DNA of 64,000 bases from NCBI GenBank assembly GCA_963786635.1, contig CAWAZV010000008.1, positions 234,051-298,050 of the forward strand. The letters run 5' to 3'. The position numbers were made by a program, and so were the translations under genes. How positions within the stretch are numbered: the first letter of the stretch is position 1; every line of letters starts with the position of its first letter. Below are positions 16,753 to 27,309 of this stretch, in pieces. The notes under the pieces are model-generated. The model saw only the letters and a list, made by a program, of their open reading frames with translations. It had not been told where the DNA came from and did no database searches. This stretch comes from an uncultured beta proteobacterium. GTDB lineage: Bacteria; Pseudomonadota; Gammaproteobacteria; Burkholderiales; Usitatibacteraceae.

Positions 16753-19700
16753 CTAGCGGCCCGCCGCCTGCGCGAGCCGGCGTGCCTCGCGCTTGCGCAT
16801 GAGAAGCCACGCGGCGGGCACGATGAGCATGGAAATGAGCGGGGCGGTGACCATGCCGCCCACCATCGGCGCGGCGATGCGGCTCATGATCTCGGAACCG
16901 GTGCCGGTATCCCAGAGGATGGGCGTGAGGCCGATCACGGTGGTCGCGACCGTCATCGCCTTGGGCCGCACGCGCAGCACTGCACCTTCGCGGATCGCCT
17001 CGACCAGCGTCGTCTCGTCGGCGCGGCCCGCCGCGATGCGCGCCTCCCACGCCTGCTTGAGGTAGACCAGCATCACGATGCCGAATTCCGCCGTGACTCC
17101 CGCCAGGCCGATGAAGCCGACCGCGGTCGCGATCGAGACCTCGTGCCCGAGCGCGTAGAGGAGCCACACCCCGCCGATGAGCGAGAAGGGGAGTGTCGCC
17201 ATGATGAGCAGCGCCTCGTCCATGCGCCGGAAGGTGAGGTAGAGCATCACGAGGATGATCATGAGCATCGCCGGCACCACGACGGCGAGGCGCTTCTGGG
17301 CGCGCTCGAGGTACTCGAACTGGCCGCTCCAGGCGATGGAGTAGCCCGGCGGCAGCGTCACCTCGCGTCCCACGACGTCCTGCATCTCGTGCACCACCGA
17401 GCGCAGGTCGCGGCCGCGGATGTCCACGTACACCCACCCCGAGGGCCGGGCATTCTCGCTGCGGATCATGGGCGCGCCGTCCGTCACCAGCACGCTCGCC
17501 ACGTCGGAGAGCCGGATCTGCGCGCCGCGTTCGGTGAGGACCGGGAGGTTGCGGAGTCCCTCGAGCGAATCGCGCATCTCGCGCGGGTAGCGCACGTTGA
17601 TCGGGAAACGCTGCAGGCCCTCGATCGTCTCGCCGACGTTCTCGCCGCCGATCGCGGCGGAAACGAGCGACTGCACGTCCGCGACGTTGAGCCCGTAGCG
17701 CGCGGCGCGGTCGCGGTCGATGGCGATGTCGATGTAACGCCCGCCGGTGAGCCGCTCGGCGAGTGCCGAGCTCACGCCCGGCAGGTTCTTCACCGCGCGC
17801 TCGACTTCGCCGGCGATGCGCTCGATCTCGATGAGGCTCTCGCCGGAGACCTTGATGCCGATCGGGCTCTTGATGCCGGTGGCGAGCATGTCGATGCGGT
17901 TGCGGATCGGCGGCACCCAGATGTTGGCCAGGCCCGGCACCTTCACCGTGCGGTCGAGTTCCTCGACGATCTTCTCGGTGGTCATCCCGGGCCGCCACTG
18001 GTCCCGCGGCTTGAACTGGATCGTCGTCTCGAACATCTCCAAGGGCGCGGGGTCGGTCGCGGTTTCGGCGCGGCCCGCCTTGCCGAAGACGCGCGCCACT
18101 TCCGGCACGCTCTTGATGAGGCGGTCGGTCTGCTGCAGCAGCTCCGCGGCCTTGCCCGCGGACAGGCCCGGCAGCGCCGACGGCATGTAGAGCAGGTCGC
18201 CCTCGTCCAGGGGCGGCATGAACTCCCCGCCAAGACGCGATATGGGCCAGGCCGTGGCCGCGGCGGCCACGATGGCGATGGCGATGGAGGCCACCGGCCG
18301 CCGGATCACGATTTCCAGCACCGGCCGGTAGATGGCGATGAGGAAGCGGTTGACCGGGTTGGCATCCTCCCGCGGGATGCGCCCGCGGATGAAGTAGCCC
18401 ATGAGCACCGGCACCAGCGTGACCGCGAGCGCGGCGGCGGCGGCCATCGCGTAGGTCTTCGTGAACGCGAGCGGCGAGAAGAGGCGGCCTTCCTGCGCCT
18501 GCAGGGCGAACACCGGAATGAAGGAGATGGTGACGATGAGGAGCGAGGAGAAGAGCGCCGGGCCCACCTCCACGGAGGCTTCCCCGATCAACTTCCAGCG
18601 CTCGTCGCCCTCGATCTCGCGGCCCGGGTTGGCGGCCTGCCAGGCCTCCAGCTTGCGGTGCGCGTTCTCCACCATCACGACCGCCGCGTCCACCATCTCG
18701 CCGATGGCGATGGCGATGCCGCCCAGCGAGACGATGTTGGCCGTGATGCCCTGGTAGTGCATGACGATGAAGGCCGTGGTGATCCCCAGCGGCAGCGAGA
18801 TGATCGACACGAACGCCGAGCGCCAGTGGAAGAGGAACACGATGCAGATGATCGCCACGACGGCGAACTGCTCGACGAGCGTGGCGCCGACGGTGGCCAC
18901 CGAGCGCTTGATGAGGTCGGAGCGGTCGTAGACCGGCACGATCTCCACGCCGGGCGGGAGGCTGCGCTTGAGGCTTTCGAGCTTCGCCTTCACCAGGTCG
19001 ATGGTCTCGAGGGCGTTCTTGCCGGAGCGCATCACGATGATGCCGCCGGCCACCTCGCCCTCGCCGTCCAGCTCCGAGATGCCGCGGCGCATCTCCGGGC
19101 CGATCTGGATGCGCGACACGTCGGCGAGGCGCACGGAAACGCCGGCCTCCGTGGTCATGAGCGGGATGCGCCGGAAGTCGTCGAGCGTCTTCAGGTAGCC
19201 GCTCGAGCGCACCATGTATTCGGCCTCGCCCAGCTCGAGCACGGAGCCGCCCGCTTCCTGGTTGGCGCGCTGGATCGCCTCCACCACCTTCGCGTGCGGG
19301 ATGTTCAAGGCGCGCAGGCGGTCGGGGTCGAGCACGATCTGGTACTGGCGCACCATGCCGCCCACGCTCGCCACCTCGGCGACGTTGGGCACGCTCTTCA
19401 GCTCGAACTTGAGGAGCCAGTCCTGGATCGCGCGCATCTGCGCGAGGTCCGTCTTGCCGGTGCGGTCGACCAACGCGTACTGGTAGATCCAGCCCACGCC
19501 GGTGGCGTCCGGCCCGAGGGCCGCGCGCGCGCCCGGCGGCAGCCGCCCCTGCACCTGGTTCAGGTACTCGAGCACGCGCGAGCGCGCCCAGTAGAGGTCG
19601 GTGCCGTCCTCGAAGATGATGTAGACGAAGGAGTCGCCGAAGAACGAGAACCCGCGCACGACCTTGGCACCCGGCACCGACATCATCGTCGTGGTGAGCG

Positions 19701-19902
19701 GATAGGTCACCTGGTTCTCGACGATCTGCGGCGCCTGCCCCGGGTAGGTCGTGCGGATGATGACCTGCGTGTCGGAGAGGTCCGGGATCGCGTCCAGCGG
19801 CGTGTGGAGCGTCGCCCACACCCCCCACGCCGCCAGGCCGATGGCGGCCAGCAGCACCAGGAAGCGGTTGGCGATCGACCAGAGGATGAGCCTCGCGATC
19901 AT
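16753..19902 (-). CDS. cusA: heavy-metal-efflux RND pump CusA (HME-RND)
   Basis: The intact 1049-aa segment starts at [18 protein letters not shown] within the 1962-aa read-through ORF. It is CusA/CzcA-like throughout. Its ATG overlaps the corrected cusB stop (ATGA). Confidence 0.95.
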   Translation of the reverse strand: MIARLILWSIANRFLVLLAAIGLAAWGVWATLHTPLDAIPDLSDTQVIIRTTYPGQAPQIVENQVTYPLTTTMMSVPGAKVVRGFSFFGDSFVYIIFEDGTDLYWARSRVLEYLNQVQGRLPPGARAALGPDATGVGWIYQYALVDRTGKTDLAQMRAIQDWLLKFELKSVPNVAEVASVGGMVRQYQIVLDPDRLRALNIPHAKVVEAIQRANQEAGGSVLELGEAEYMVRSSGYLKTLDDFRRIPLMTTEAGVSVRLADVSRIQIGPEMRRGISELDGEGEVAGGIIVMRSGKNALETIDLVKAKLESLKRSLPPGVEIVPVYDRSDLIKRSVATVGATLVEQFAVVAIICIVFLFHWRSAFVSIISLPLGITTAFIVMHYQGITANIVSLGGIAIAIGEMVDAAVVMVENAHRKLEAWQAANPGREIEGDERWKLIGEASVEVGPALFSSLLIVTISFIPVFALQAQEGRLFSPLAFTKTYAMAAAAALAVTLVPVLMGYFIRGRIPREDANPVNRFLIAIYRPVLEIVIRRPVASIAIAIVAAAATAWPISRLGGEFMPPLDEGDLLYMPSALPGLSAGKAAELLQQTDRLIKSVPEVARVFGKAGRAETATDPAPLEMFETTIQFKPRDQWRPGMTTEKIVEELDRTVKVPGLANIWVPPIRNRIDMLATGIKSPIGIKVSGESLIEIERIAGEVERAVKNLPGVSSALAERLTGGRYIDIAIDRDRAARYGLNVADVQSLVSAAIGGENVGETIEGLQRFPINVRYPREMRDSLEGLRNLPVLTERGAQIRLSDVASVLVTDGAPMIRSENARPSGWVYVDIRGRDLRSVVHEMQDVVGREVTLPPGYSIAWSGQFEYLERAQKRLAVVVPAMLMIILVMLYLTFRRMDEALLIMATLPFSLIGGVWLLYALGHEVSIATAVGFIGLAGVTAEFGIVMLVYLKQAWEARIAAGRADETTLVEAIREGAVLRVRPKAMTVATTVIGLTPILWDTGTGSEIMSRIAAPMVGGMVTAPLISMLIVPAAWLLMRKREARRLAQAAGR

Positions 19903-21378
19903 TGCACCGCTCCCCGGGGAGCGATCTTCGTGACCACCGGCATGCCGTCCTTGTCGAGCACGAATGACAGGCGCACTTCCTGGCCCGGTCTTCGCGCCGG
20001 GCGGCACGCCGTCCTTCATCGGCATGAACTCCATCGTCATCGCGCCCCACTTGAGTTCCGGCACCGGGCCGTGGGTGATGGTCCAGGTGTCCTTCCCGAA
20101 CTTCTCCAGCTTCGCGTCGGCCTGGTATTCCTTCGCGCCGGCCGCCTCGCCCATGCGCGTGGTGGTCGCCTTGAGGCTCGCCTCGGAGTCGATGAGGAAC
20201 TGCCCCGAGACGACGACGCGCGTTCCGGCGTCGATGCCCTTCAGGACTTCCGTGCGCCCGCCCTGCTCGCGGCCGGTTTCCACCTCGACCGGCTCGAACT
20301 TGCTGTCGCCGCGGTCGACGACGATCACCGTGCGGCGCCCCGTCGGGATGAGTGCCTCGCTGGGCACGAGGACCGCCTCGCGCGAGGTGGCCGGGGAAAT
20401 GGCGAGCGTCACGTACATGCCGGGCTTCAGCTTGGTGCCCGGGTTGCCCAGCTCCACGCGCGCGCGCACCGTGCGGCTCGCCGCCGCCACGTCGGGCAGC
20501 ACGGCATTGATGCGGCCGGCGAACTTCTCGCCGGGATAGGCGGGCACGGTCGCGCTGATCGGCGCGCCGGGCACCACCGCCGCGGCCTGCGCCTCGGGAA
20601 TGTCCACGTTGACCCAGACGGTGGCCAGCCCGTTGATGCGAAAGAGCATCGCACCGGGCATGAGGGTCATGCCTTCGCGCGCGCCCAGTTCGCCGATGAC
20701 CCCGTCGACCGGGGAGACGAGGGTGATGTGCGGCCGCGGTTTGCCGTCGCGCTCGACGTCCGCGACCTGCTCCTCGCTCATGTTGAGGAGCAGCAGGCGA
20801 TTCCTGGCCGCGCGGGCGAGATCCTGCGCGCCCGGTGCCGTGCTCTTCCGCAGCGCCAGGTACTCCTCCTGGGCACCCGCCCAATCGGGGACGAAGAGCT
20901 GCGCCAGGGGCTGGCCCTTGCGCACCGTGTCGAGCGGCGCGCGCACGTAGAGCTTCTCGATGTAGCCGGGCGTGCGCGACTGCACCAGCGTGACCGCGCG
21001 CTCGTCGAAGGCGATCGTCCCCACGGCTTCCACGGTGACGGCGAGGCGCCCCTTCTCCGCGACCGCCGTGCGCACGCCGAGGTTCTGCACCACGCGCGGG
21101 CTCACCTTGACGCCGCCGGCGTCGGCGCCGTCGTCGGCGTAGACCGGCATCAGGTCCATGTCCATGAAGGGCGAGCGGCCGGGCTTGTCGAACTTCTGCT
21201 GCGGGTACATCGGGTCGTGCCAGTAGAGGACCTTGCGGCCGCCGTCCGCCTTGGCAGCGGCGGGGGCCGTGCTGGCGGCCGGCGCGTGCGCCGAGCGCTG
21301 CGCCCACCAGTAGCCCGCATAGCCACCGGCTGCGAGGAGAGCCGCACCGACGGCGGCGGCGATCAGGGTGCGGTTCAT
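19899..21378 (-). CDS. cusB: membrane fusion protein CusB with a C-terminal CusF-like metal-binding domain; one frame correction near 19985
   Basis: The gene starts [14 protein letters not shown]... and contains [28 protein letters not shown], the RND-MFP core, then [35 protein letters not shown]. After correction it continues [27 protein letters not shown] and stops. Length is 1480 nt (1 mod 3). Confidence 0.85.
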
Positions 21379-22641
21379 TTCGGGCTCCTTTCGGGAAGCA
21401 GGTAGGCGAGCTGCGCCCAGGCGCGGGCGGCTTCGGCGCGGACGTTGAGGGCCATGAGCCGCGCCTCGAGCAGCATGCGGCGCGCCTCGAGGACGGCGCC
21501 GAGTTCGGCGCGGCCGCCCTCGTAGGCGGCGAGCGTGGCATTGGCGCGCTCCTCCGCGAGAGGAACGATTTCCTTCTCGTTGCGATCGACGCGCGCGCGC
21601 GCGATCTCGAAGTCCACCAGGGCGGCGCGGACGTCGGCTTCGTAGCGGCGCCGCGCTTCCTCGGCCTGCGCCCTCGCCTGCTCGGCCTGCTTCGCCTTGG
21701 CGAGCGCGGCCGGCTCCTGGCGGCTGCCCGCGAACACCGGCAGGTCCATGCGGAACATCAGGGAAACCATGTTGGTGTAGGCCGAACCGCGCGCACCGTA
21801 GGAGAGCTCGACGCTGTAGTCGGGCAGCGTCGCGACGGCGGCGAGCTTCGCCTCCGCTTCCGCCGCTGCGGTCATCGGCGCGAACATCGCGATCTGCGGA
21901 TGCACCTCGAGGTCCGTGGTGAGCGAGGCGATGCTCTGCGGGAGCTTCGCGATGTCGGGGTCGCCCGCGGGCGGACGCTTCGCGTCCTCGCCGAGCCAGC
22001 GGCTCGAGCCGGGCCTGCGAGCGGCGCACCATGCGTTCCACCTCCAGGCGGCGGTCGGCCAGCGCCGCACGCTGCGATCGCGCCATCACCGGGTCGGCAG
22101 TGCCCATCTTGCCGGCGGCGAGTTGCGCCGTCGTGCCGGCGAGCTGCAGGTCGGCCTCCTGCATGAGTGCATCCACCAGGGCGAGGGAACGCTCGGCATA
22201 GAGGCGGTCGAACCACGCCATCGCCACTTCGCGGCGCAATTCCGCGGCCTGCATGTCGACGAGTGCGGCTTCGCGCCGGGCATCGGCCTGCGCGCGCACG
22301 GCCATGAGTTCGCGCTTCTCGCCGCGCACGAAGTCCTGCATGACGCCGATGCGGCGCATCGTCATGCCGTCGGCCGTGAGGCTCCACCTGTCCGGGCCCT
22401 CTACCGGCGCGTTCTCGACGCCGAAGAAGAGCTTGGGATCCGGGTTCTCGCCGGCGGTGATGGCCTGCGAGGCACTCGCCTCGGCAGAGGCCCGCTGCGC
22501 TGCGAGCTGCGCCGAGCGGGTCGTGGCAAGGTTCAGGGCCTCGTCGAGCGTGAGCGGCGACGACGGCGCCGCCAGGGCGGCAACGGGCAGTGCGAGCGCG
22601 GCGAAAAGGCGCGCGAGGTGGTGCGGGATGGACGAGTGCAT
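21375..22641 (-). CDS. cusC: outer-membrane factor CusC/CzcC family; one frame correction near 22005
   Basis: The N-terminus is the start of ORF 16753..22641 ([39 protein letters not shown]). The C-terminal half is ORF 21375..22070. Its stop overlaps the cusB ATG (ATGA at 21375-21378). Length is 1267 nt. Confidence 0.85.
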
Positions 22642-22704
22642 GGGACCTCCGGAGGCGATGGCAGCCGGCCGCGAACGCCGCGGACCGGGTACATCACCGG
22701 GAGG

Positions 22705-23094
22705 TCAGATGCGCAGGACGCCGAACAGGATGGCGGGTGGAGGTGGGGCAGCCGCCGGCACGTAGCGCCAGGCGGGTCGCGACTCGACCGTGGCGGTGGT
22801 GTCGCCGATCTCGATGCGCAGTTCCGGCCCCAGGACATCGGCAGCGGCGAACTGCGGAGCCTTGTCGAGGGAGGCCTTGCCGTACTGGCAGTGCTCGGCG
22901 CAGACGTTGCCGTTGACCGGGACTTCGTTCTCCCCGACCGCGCCGGCGCACCCCTCGTGGTGAGCGATCACTTCCGCGGGAGGGGCCTGTTCATGCACCA
23001 TGCAGGCATGGGCCGACACCGCGAATTGCGCGAAGACGAGCGCGAATCCGGCAAGGATGGCGGCGAAGCTGCGGTGGCGACGAGACATGGTCAC
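22705..23094 (-). CDS. exported His/Cys-rich hypothetical protein upstream of cusCBA (CzcI-like position)
   Basis: The 129-aa ORF has an N-terminal TM/signal segment and a cluster of H and C residues (HACMVHE, HHEGC, CAEHC). Function is inferred only from its position at the head of the efflux operon. Confidence 0.45.
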   Translation of the reverse strand: MTMSRRHRSFAAILAGFALVFAQFAVSAHACMVHEQAPPAEVIAHHEGCAGAVGENEVPVNGNVCAEHCQYGKASLDKAPQFAAADVLGPELRIEIGDTTATVESRPAWRYVPAAAPPPPAILFGVLRI

Positions 23095-23146
23095 GGAGTA
23101 TGCCCGTTAACCTGGGCGGGGCGAATTGATCCTGCGCAGACTCTTT

Positions 23147-23196
23147 GGGACAGGTATTGGGGACGGTTCCGAAGAACCGTCCCCAATACCTGTCCC
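23147..23196. repeat. perfect 23-bp inverted repeat with a 4-nt loop (GGGACAGGTATTGGGGACGGTTC cgaa GAACCGTCCCCAATACCTGTCCC)
   Basis: Read directly from the sequence. It lies 15 nt downstream of the amidohydrolase stop and upstream of the CzcI-like gene. It shares the ATTGGGGAC core with the element at 46175-46242. Confidence 0.8.
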
Positions 23197-23210
23197 TGCG
23201 ACCGCGCGAT

Positions 23211-24477
23211 TCAGCGGGAGTTCGCGGCCAGCCAGTCCAGGGAGAGGCCGCAGAGGGTCTTCACCCCCAGCTTGAGGCAGTTCTCGTCGACGTAGAAACG
23301 CGGGCTGTGGTTGGGTGCGGCGGTCTGCGGGTCCTTGTCCGGGGGCGTGCAGCCCATGAAGTAGAAGAAACCGGGCACGGCCTGCTGGTAGTAGGAGAAG
23401 TCCTCGGCGCCGCAGACCTTGTCCACGACCCCCACGTTGCCCTCGCCGGCGATGCGGGAGAGGGTCGGGATCGACCACTCCGTGAGACCGGGATGGTTCA
23501 CCGTGACCGGATAGCCGAGGTGGATGTGCACGTGCGCCTTGGCGCCGCCGGAGGCCGCGATCATCTCCGTGATCCGCTTCACGTGCGCGTGGATCTCGCT
23601 GCGCTGGCCTTCGTCGAAGGTGCGGATGGTGCCCTCGAGCTTCACCTCGTCCGGGATGATGTTGTTGCGCACGCCGCCCTGGAACACGCCCACCGTGACG
23701 ACCGAGGGCTCCTTGGCGATGTTGACCTGCCGCGAGACGATCGTCTGCAGCCCCATCACCACCTGCGAGCCGACGACGATGGGATCCACCCCGCGCCACG
23801 GCATGGCGCCGTGCGTCTGGCTGCCGCGGATGAAGACGCGGAACTGGTCGGCCGAGGCCATGAGCGGCCCCGAGCGGTAGCCGATCTTTCCCGGTCCTGT
23901 GGATGGAGGTGATGTGCAGGCCGAAGATGGCGTCGACCTTCGGGTTGGCGAGGCAGCCCTCCGCGACCATGAGCTTGGCACCCCCCTCCTCGCCGATGGG
24001 CGGCATTTCCTCCGCGGGCTGGAAGACGAAGACCACCGTCCCGGGAATCTCCGCGCGCATGCCGGCGAGAACTTCCGCGACCCCCATGAGCATCGCCGTG
24101 TGCGCGTCGTGGCCGCACGCGTGCATCACGCCGCATTCCTGGTCGTTCCACTGCGCCGTCACCTTGCTCGCGAAGGGAACGTCGACTTCCTCCCGGACGG
24201 GCAGGGCGTCCATGTCGGCACGAAGTGCCACGACGGGACCGGGCTTGCCGCCCCTGAGCACGCCGACGACCCCGGTGACGGCCACTTTCTCGCGGACCTC
24301 GTCGAGGCCCAGCGCGCGCAGGTGCGCGGCGACGATTCCGGAAGTGCGCACCTCGCGGTTGCCCAGCTCCGGGTGCGCGTGGAAGTCGCGGCGCCAGGCG
24401 ACCACCTTCGCCTCCACGCGGTCGGCGGCGGCGGCAATGGCGGCATCGAATCGGAACGGATTGTCGGGGGCATTCAT
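23211..24477 (-). CDS. M20D-family amidohydrolase (hippurate hydrolase / N-acyl-amino-acid amidohydrolase type); one frame correction near 23900
   Basis: The N-terminal part is in the frame of ORF 23107..24558, from MNAPDNPF (DFHAHPELGNRE, MHACGHDAHTAML, FVFQPAEE). The C-terminal part is ORF 23211..23981. Length is 1267 nt. Confidence 0.8.
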
Positions 24478-24589
24478 GGCGGGGAGTCCGGGCGAGAGGA
24501 ACGGGCATTGTATCCGCCCGTCCTCGCGCGGCCGACTATAATCAACGCCTTCCCACACGCCCTGGCGACATCACGCCGCCCGCCCCGCC

Positions 24590-24985
24590 ATGGACCACCT
24601 CGATCCCAAGCAGTCGTTCCAGTTCCTGGCCGACAATCCCGACGCGGTGTTCATCGACTGCCGCAGCGAGATGGAGTTCATGTTCGTGGGCCACCCGGTC
24701 AACGCGATCGCGGTGCCCTGGTACGACGGCGCCGAGTGGGAGCTGAATCCGCACTTCGTCGGGCAGGTGAAGAAGCTGGCCGGCGCCAACTTCCGCAACC
24801 GGCCGATCCTCCTCATCTGCCGCAGCGGCAACCGCAGCGTCGAGGCCGGCAACGCGCTCGAGGCCGCCGGCTTCCAGCGCGTGATCAACGTCCTGCACGG
24901 CTTCGAGGGCGACCTGGACGAGAACCACCACCGCAACGCGAAGAACGGCTGGCGCGTCGCGGGACTGCCGTGGCAGCAGTACTAG
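24590..24985 (+). CDS. single-domain rhodanese-like sulfurtransferase
   Basis: The 131-aa intact ORF has the active-site loop ILLICRSGNRSVEA. Confidence 0.85.
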   Translation: MDHLDPKQSFQFLADNPDAVFIDCRSEMEFMFVGHPVNAIAVPWYDGAEWELNPHFVGQVKKLAGANFRNRPILLICRSGNRSVEAGNALEAAGFQRVINVLHGFEGDLDENHHRNAKNGWRVAGLPWQQY

Positions 24986-25030
24986 GGGACGCTACCCTTC
25001 CTTGGTAGTCGACGTGGGGTAGCGTCCCCT
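24984..25030. repeat. GGGGAC-headed hairpin element (AGGGGACGCTACCC ... GGGTAGCGTCCCCT) overlapping the rhodanese stop codon
   Basis: It has 14-bp perfect arms. The 19-nt loop contains a second GGTAG that can alternatively pair with CTACC. There is no T-tract, so it is not a classical terminator. Confidence 0.65.
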
Positions 25031-25062
25031 CGAGGTACCCACCCGCCTCGCTCGCCTGGCTG

Positions 25063-26307
25063 GTGTGGAGCCTGGGCGCCGCCCTCTACCTCATCGCCTT
25101 CTACCAGCGCGTGGCACCCGCGGTGCTGGTGCAGGAGCTCACGCGCGAGTTCGCGCTCACCGGCGTGGCGCTGGGCAACCTCTCCGCGTTCTATTTCTAC
25201 AGCTACGTCGCGATGCAGATCCCGACGGGGCTCATCGCCGACCGCTGGGGACCGCGCAAGCTCCTCACGGCGGGCGCGGCACTCACCGCGGTGGGCACGC
25301 TGATCTTCGCGCTCGCGACTACCGCCTATATGGCCAACGCCGGCCGGCTCGCGATCGGCGCGGCGGCGGGCGTGGCCTTCGTCGCCATGCTGAAGCTCGC
25401 CAGCCACTGGATGCCCTCGCGCCAGTTCGCGCTCGCGAGCGGCGTGGCGCTCTTCGTGGGCGTCATGGGCGCAACGCTTGCGGGCGCGCCGCTGCGCTGG
25501 GTGACGGACGCCTTCGGCTGGCGCGCGGTGATGGTCGCCAGCGCCGTGGTCACGGCCGCGGTGGCGGTGGCCATCTGGGTGATCGTCCGCGACGATCCGG
25601 CCGAGCGCGGCTTCGATTCCTACTTTCCCCACGACAAGGGCGGCCGGCACGGCGGCTCGGTCTGGGGGGACCTGAAGGTCGTGCTCGGCTACCGCAACAC
25701 CGTGCTCCTCTACTTCATCCCCGGCGCCTTCTCCGGGATCGTTCTCATGTTCGCGGGGCTCTGGGGCGTGCCGTTCCTCACCACGCACTACCCGTACACG
25801 ACGGCGGAAGCGGCCTCGCTCTGCTCGCTGCTGCTCGTCTCCTGGAGCGTGGCGAGCATCGCCTACGGGCCGATCTCGCAGCGCCTGGGCGGGCGCAAGA
25901 TTCCCTACATCGGGGGACTGCTCGCGACGACCGCGCTGTGGGCGGCGCTGGTGTGGGTGCCCGGCTGGAGCCGCCTCGCGCTCGTGGCGCTGCTCGTGGC
26001 ACTCGGGTTCGCGGCAGGCGCCTTCATCCTCACCTTCCCGTTCGCCAAGGAATCGGTGCCCGCGCGGCTGGCCGGCACCGTCTCGGGAATCGTGAACATG
26101 GGCGTGATGACCGGCGGGCTGGTCATGCAGCCGCTGGTGGGGTGGGTGCTGGATCGCTACTGGACGGGCGCGCTCACGCCCGGTGGCGCGCGGCTCTACG
26201 ACCTGGCGGCGTACCGCAATGCGTTCTCGCTGCTGTTCCTCTGGGGCGCGCTCGCCTTCGTGCTGCTGCTCGCCACGCGCGAGACGCACTGCAGGCAGGC
26301 GCAATAG
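25063..26307 (+). CDS. MFS transporter (12-TM type), substrate unknown
   Basis: The 414-aa ORF is hydrophobic throughout, with the MFS motif GLIADRWGPRKLL. The first possible start (GTG at 25063) leaves a very short N-terminus, so the start is uncertain. Confidence 0.75.
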   Translation: MWSLGAALYLIAFYQRVAPAVLVQELTREFALTGVALGNLSAFYFYSYVAMQIPTGLIADRWGPRKLLTAGAALTAVGTLIFALATTAYMANAGRLAIGAAAGVAFVAMLKLASHWMPSRQFALASGVALFVGVMGATLAGAPLRWVTDAFGWRAVMVASAVVTAAVAVAIWVIVRDDPAERGFDSYFPHDKGGRHGGSVWGDLKVVLGYRNTVLLYFIPGAFSGIVLMFAGLWGVPFLTTHYPYTTAEAASLCSLLLVSWSVASIAYGPISQRLGGRKIPYIGGLLATTALWAALVWVPGWSRLALVALLVALGFAAGAFILTFPFAKESVPARLAGTVSGIVNMGVMTGGLVMQPLVGWVLDRYWTGALTPGGARLYDLAAYRNAFSLLFLWGALAFVLLLATRETHCRQAQ

Positions 26308-26332
26308 GCCGGCGGCGGGTCGCAGTCGGCCC

Positions 26333-27175
26333 TCAAGGCGCGTTGGCCGAGAACGTGTCGCAGTCCTTCGGCCGGCCCGATTCCATGCCGCGCTTGAACC
26401 AGCGCACGCGCTGCTCCGACGAGCCGTGCGTGAACGAATCGGGCACGACGCGGCCCTGGGACTGCTTCTGCAGGCGATCGTCGCCGATGGCGGTCGCCGC
26501 GTTGAGCGCCTCGGCGATGTCGCCGGCATCGAGCTGGTTCATGGTCCCGGCGTGGTGTGCCCACACGCCGGCGTAGCAGTCCGCCTGCAGTTCCATGCGC
26601 ACCGAGGCCCGGTTGACTTCCGTCCCGGAGGCGCGCGCGCGCACCGCTTCCATCTTCTCGAACGCGCCGGTGAGCTTCTGCACGTGATGGCCCACCTCGT
26701 GGGCGATCACGTAGGCCTGGGCAAAGTCCCCCGGGGCGCCGAAACGCGTCTCCAGGTCGCGGAAGAAGGCGAGGTCGATGTAGAGCTTCTCGTCGCCGGG
26801 ACAGTAGAACGGACCCATCGCCGCCTGCCCCATGCCGCAGGCCGAACGCACCTGGCCGTCATAGAGGACGAGGGTCGGCGGGCGGTACTGGCTGCCGGAC
26901 TTCGGGAATTGCGCGCCCCAGACGCTCTCGGTGCTGCCCAGGACCTTCGCGACGAACTGCCCCATCGCGTCCGCGGGCGCACCCTTCGCTGCCTCCCGCG
27001 TTTCGCGCTGCGGGGCCACCTGCTCGGCCACGCTCAATACCGCGGCGGGGTCGAAGCCGAGAAAGTAGGCGACGACGGCGATCACGATGCCGCCGACACC
27101 CAGGCCGCCCCCGACCATGCCGATGCCGCGTCGGTCCTCGACGTTGCCGCTGGCCTGCTGGTCATCCAGTTTCAT
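26333..27175 (-). CDS. ypfJ: YpfJ-family membrane-anchored neutral zinc metallopeptidase
   Basis: The gene begins at the inner start MKLDDQQASGNVEDRRG, followed by a TM segment, then GPFYCPGDEKLYIDL, the zinc motif AHEVGHHVQ, and ELQADCYAGVW. Confidence 0.8.
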   Translation of the reverse strand: MKLDDQQASGNVEDRRGIGMVGGGLGVGGIVIAVVAYFLGFDPAAVLSVAEQVAPQRETREAAKGAPADAMGQFVAKVLGSTESVWGAQFPKSGSQYRPPTLVLYDGQVRSACGMGQAAMGPFYCPGDEKLYIDLAFFRDLETRFGAPGDFAQAYVIAHEVGHHVQKLTGAFEKMEAVRARASGTEVNRASVRMELQADCYAGVWAHHAGTMNQLDAGDIAEALNAATAIGDDRLQKQSQGRVVPDSFTHGSSEQRVRWFKRGMESGRPKDCDTFSANAP

Positions 27176-27309
27176 GTTTGCCTCCGCCGCTTGCGGGCTG
27201 CTCGATTCGCCTGCGAAATCGTCCCGATGGACCTCGCGGCGAATGGCGCCAGCGTCCAGACTAGGCCACGGCCTGCGCTGCGACGGTGCGACAGCGAACA
27301 TAGGTCGGT

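Noticed and set aside
17143-21405. A 1420-aa plus-strand ORF, and the 1717-aa ORF 16388..21541, overlapping cusA/cusB.
   Set aside because: These are antisense or off-frame shadow ORFs that stay open because of very high GC. Their composition is dominated by R/G/A/D/H/P, with no recognisable motifs. The opposite or alternative frame encodes an unmistakable CusA.
16753-22641. A 1962-aa ORF that looks like a CusC-CusB-CusA tripartite fusion protein.
   Set aside because: Only the first ~215 aa (CusC N-terminus), the CusB core and CusA are sensible in this frame. The stretch between them is Arg/Gly/Pro-rich nonsense. The CusC C-terminus is in ORF 21375..22070, and the CusB tail and stop appear after a 1-nt correction. 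ATGA start/stop overlaps typical of separate genes are then restored.
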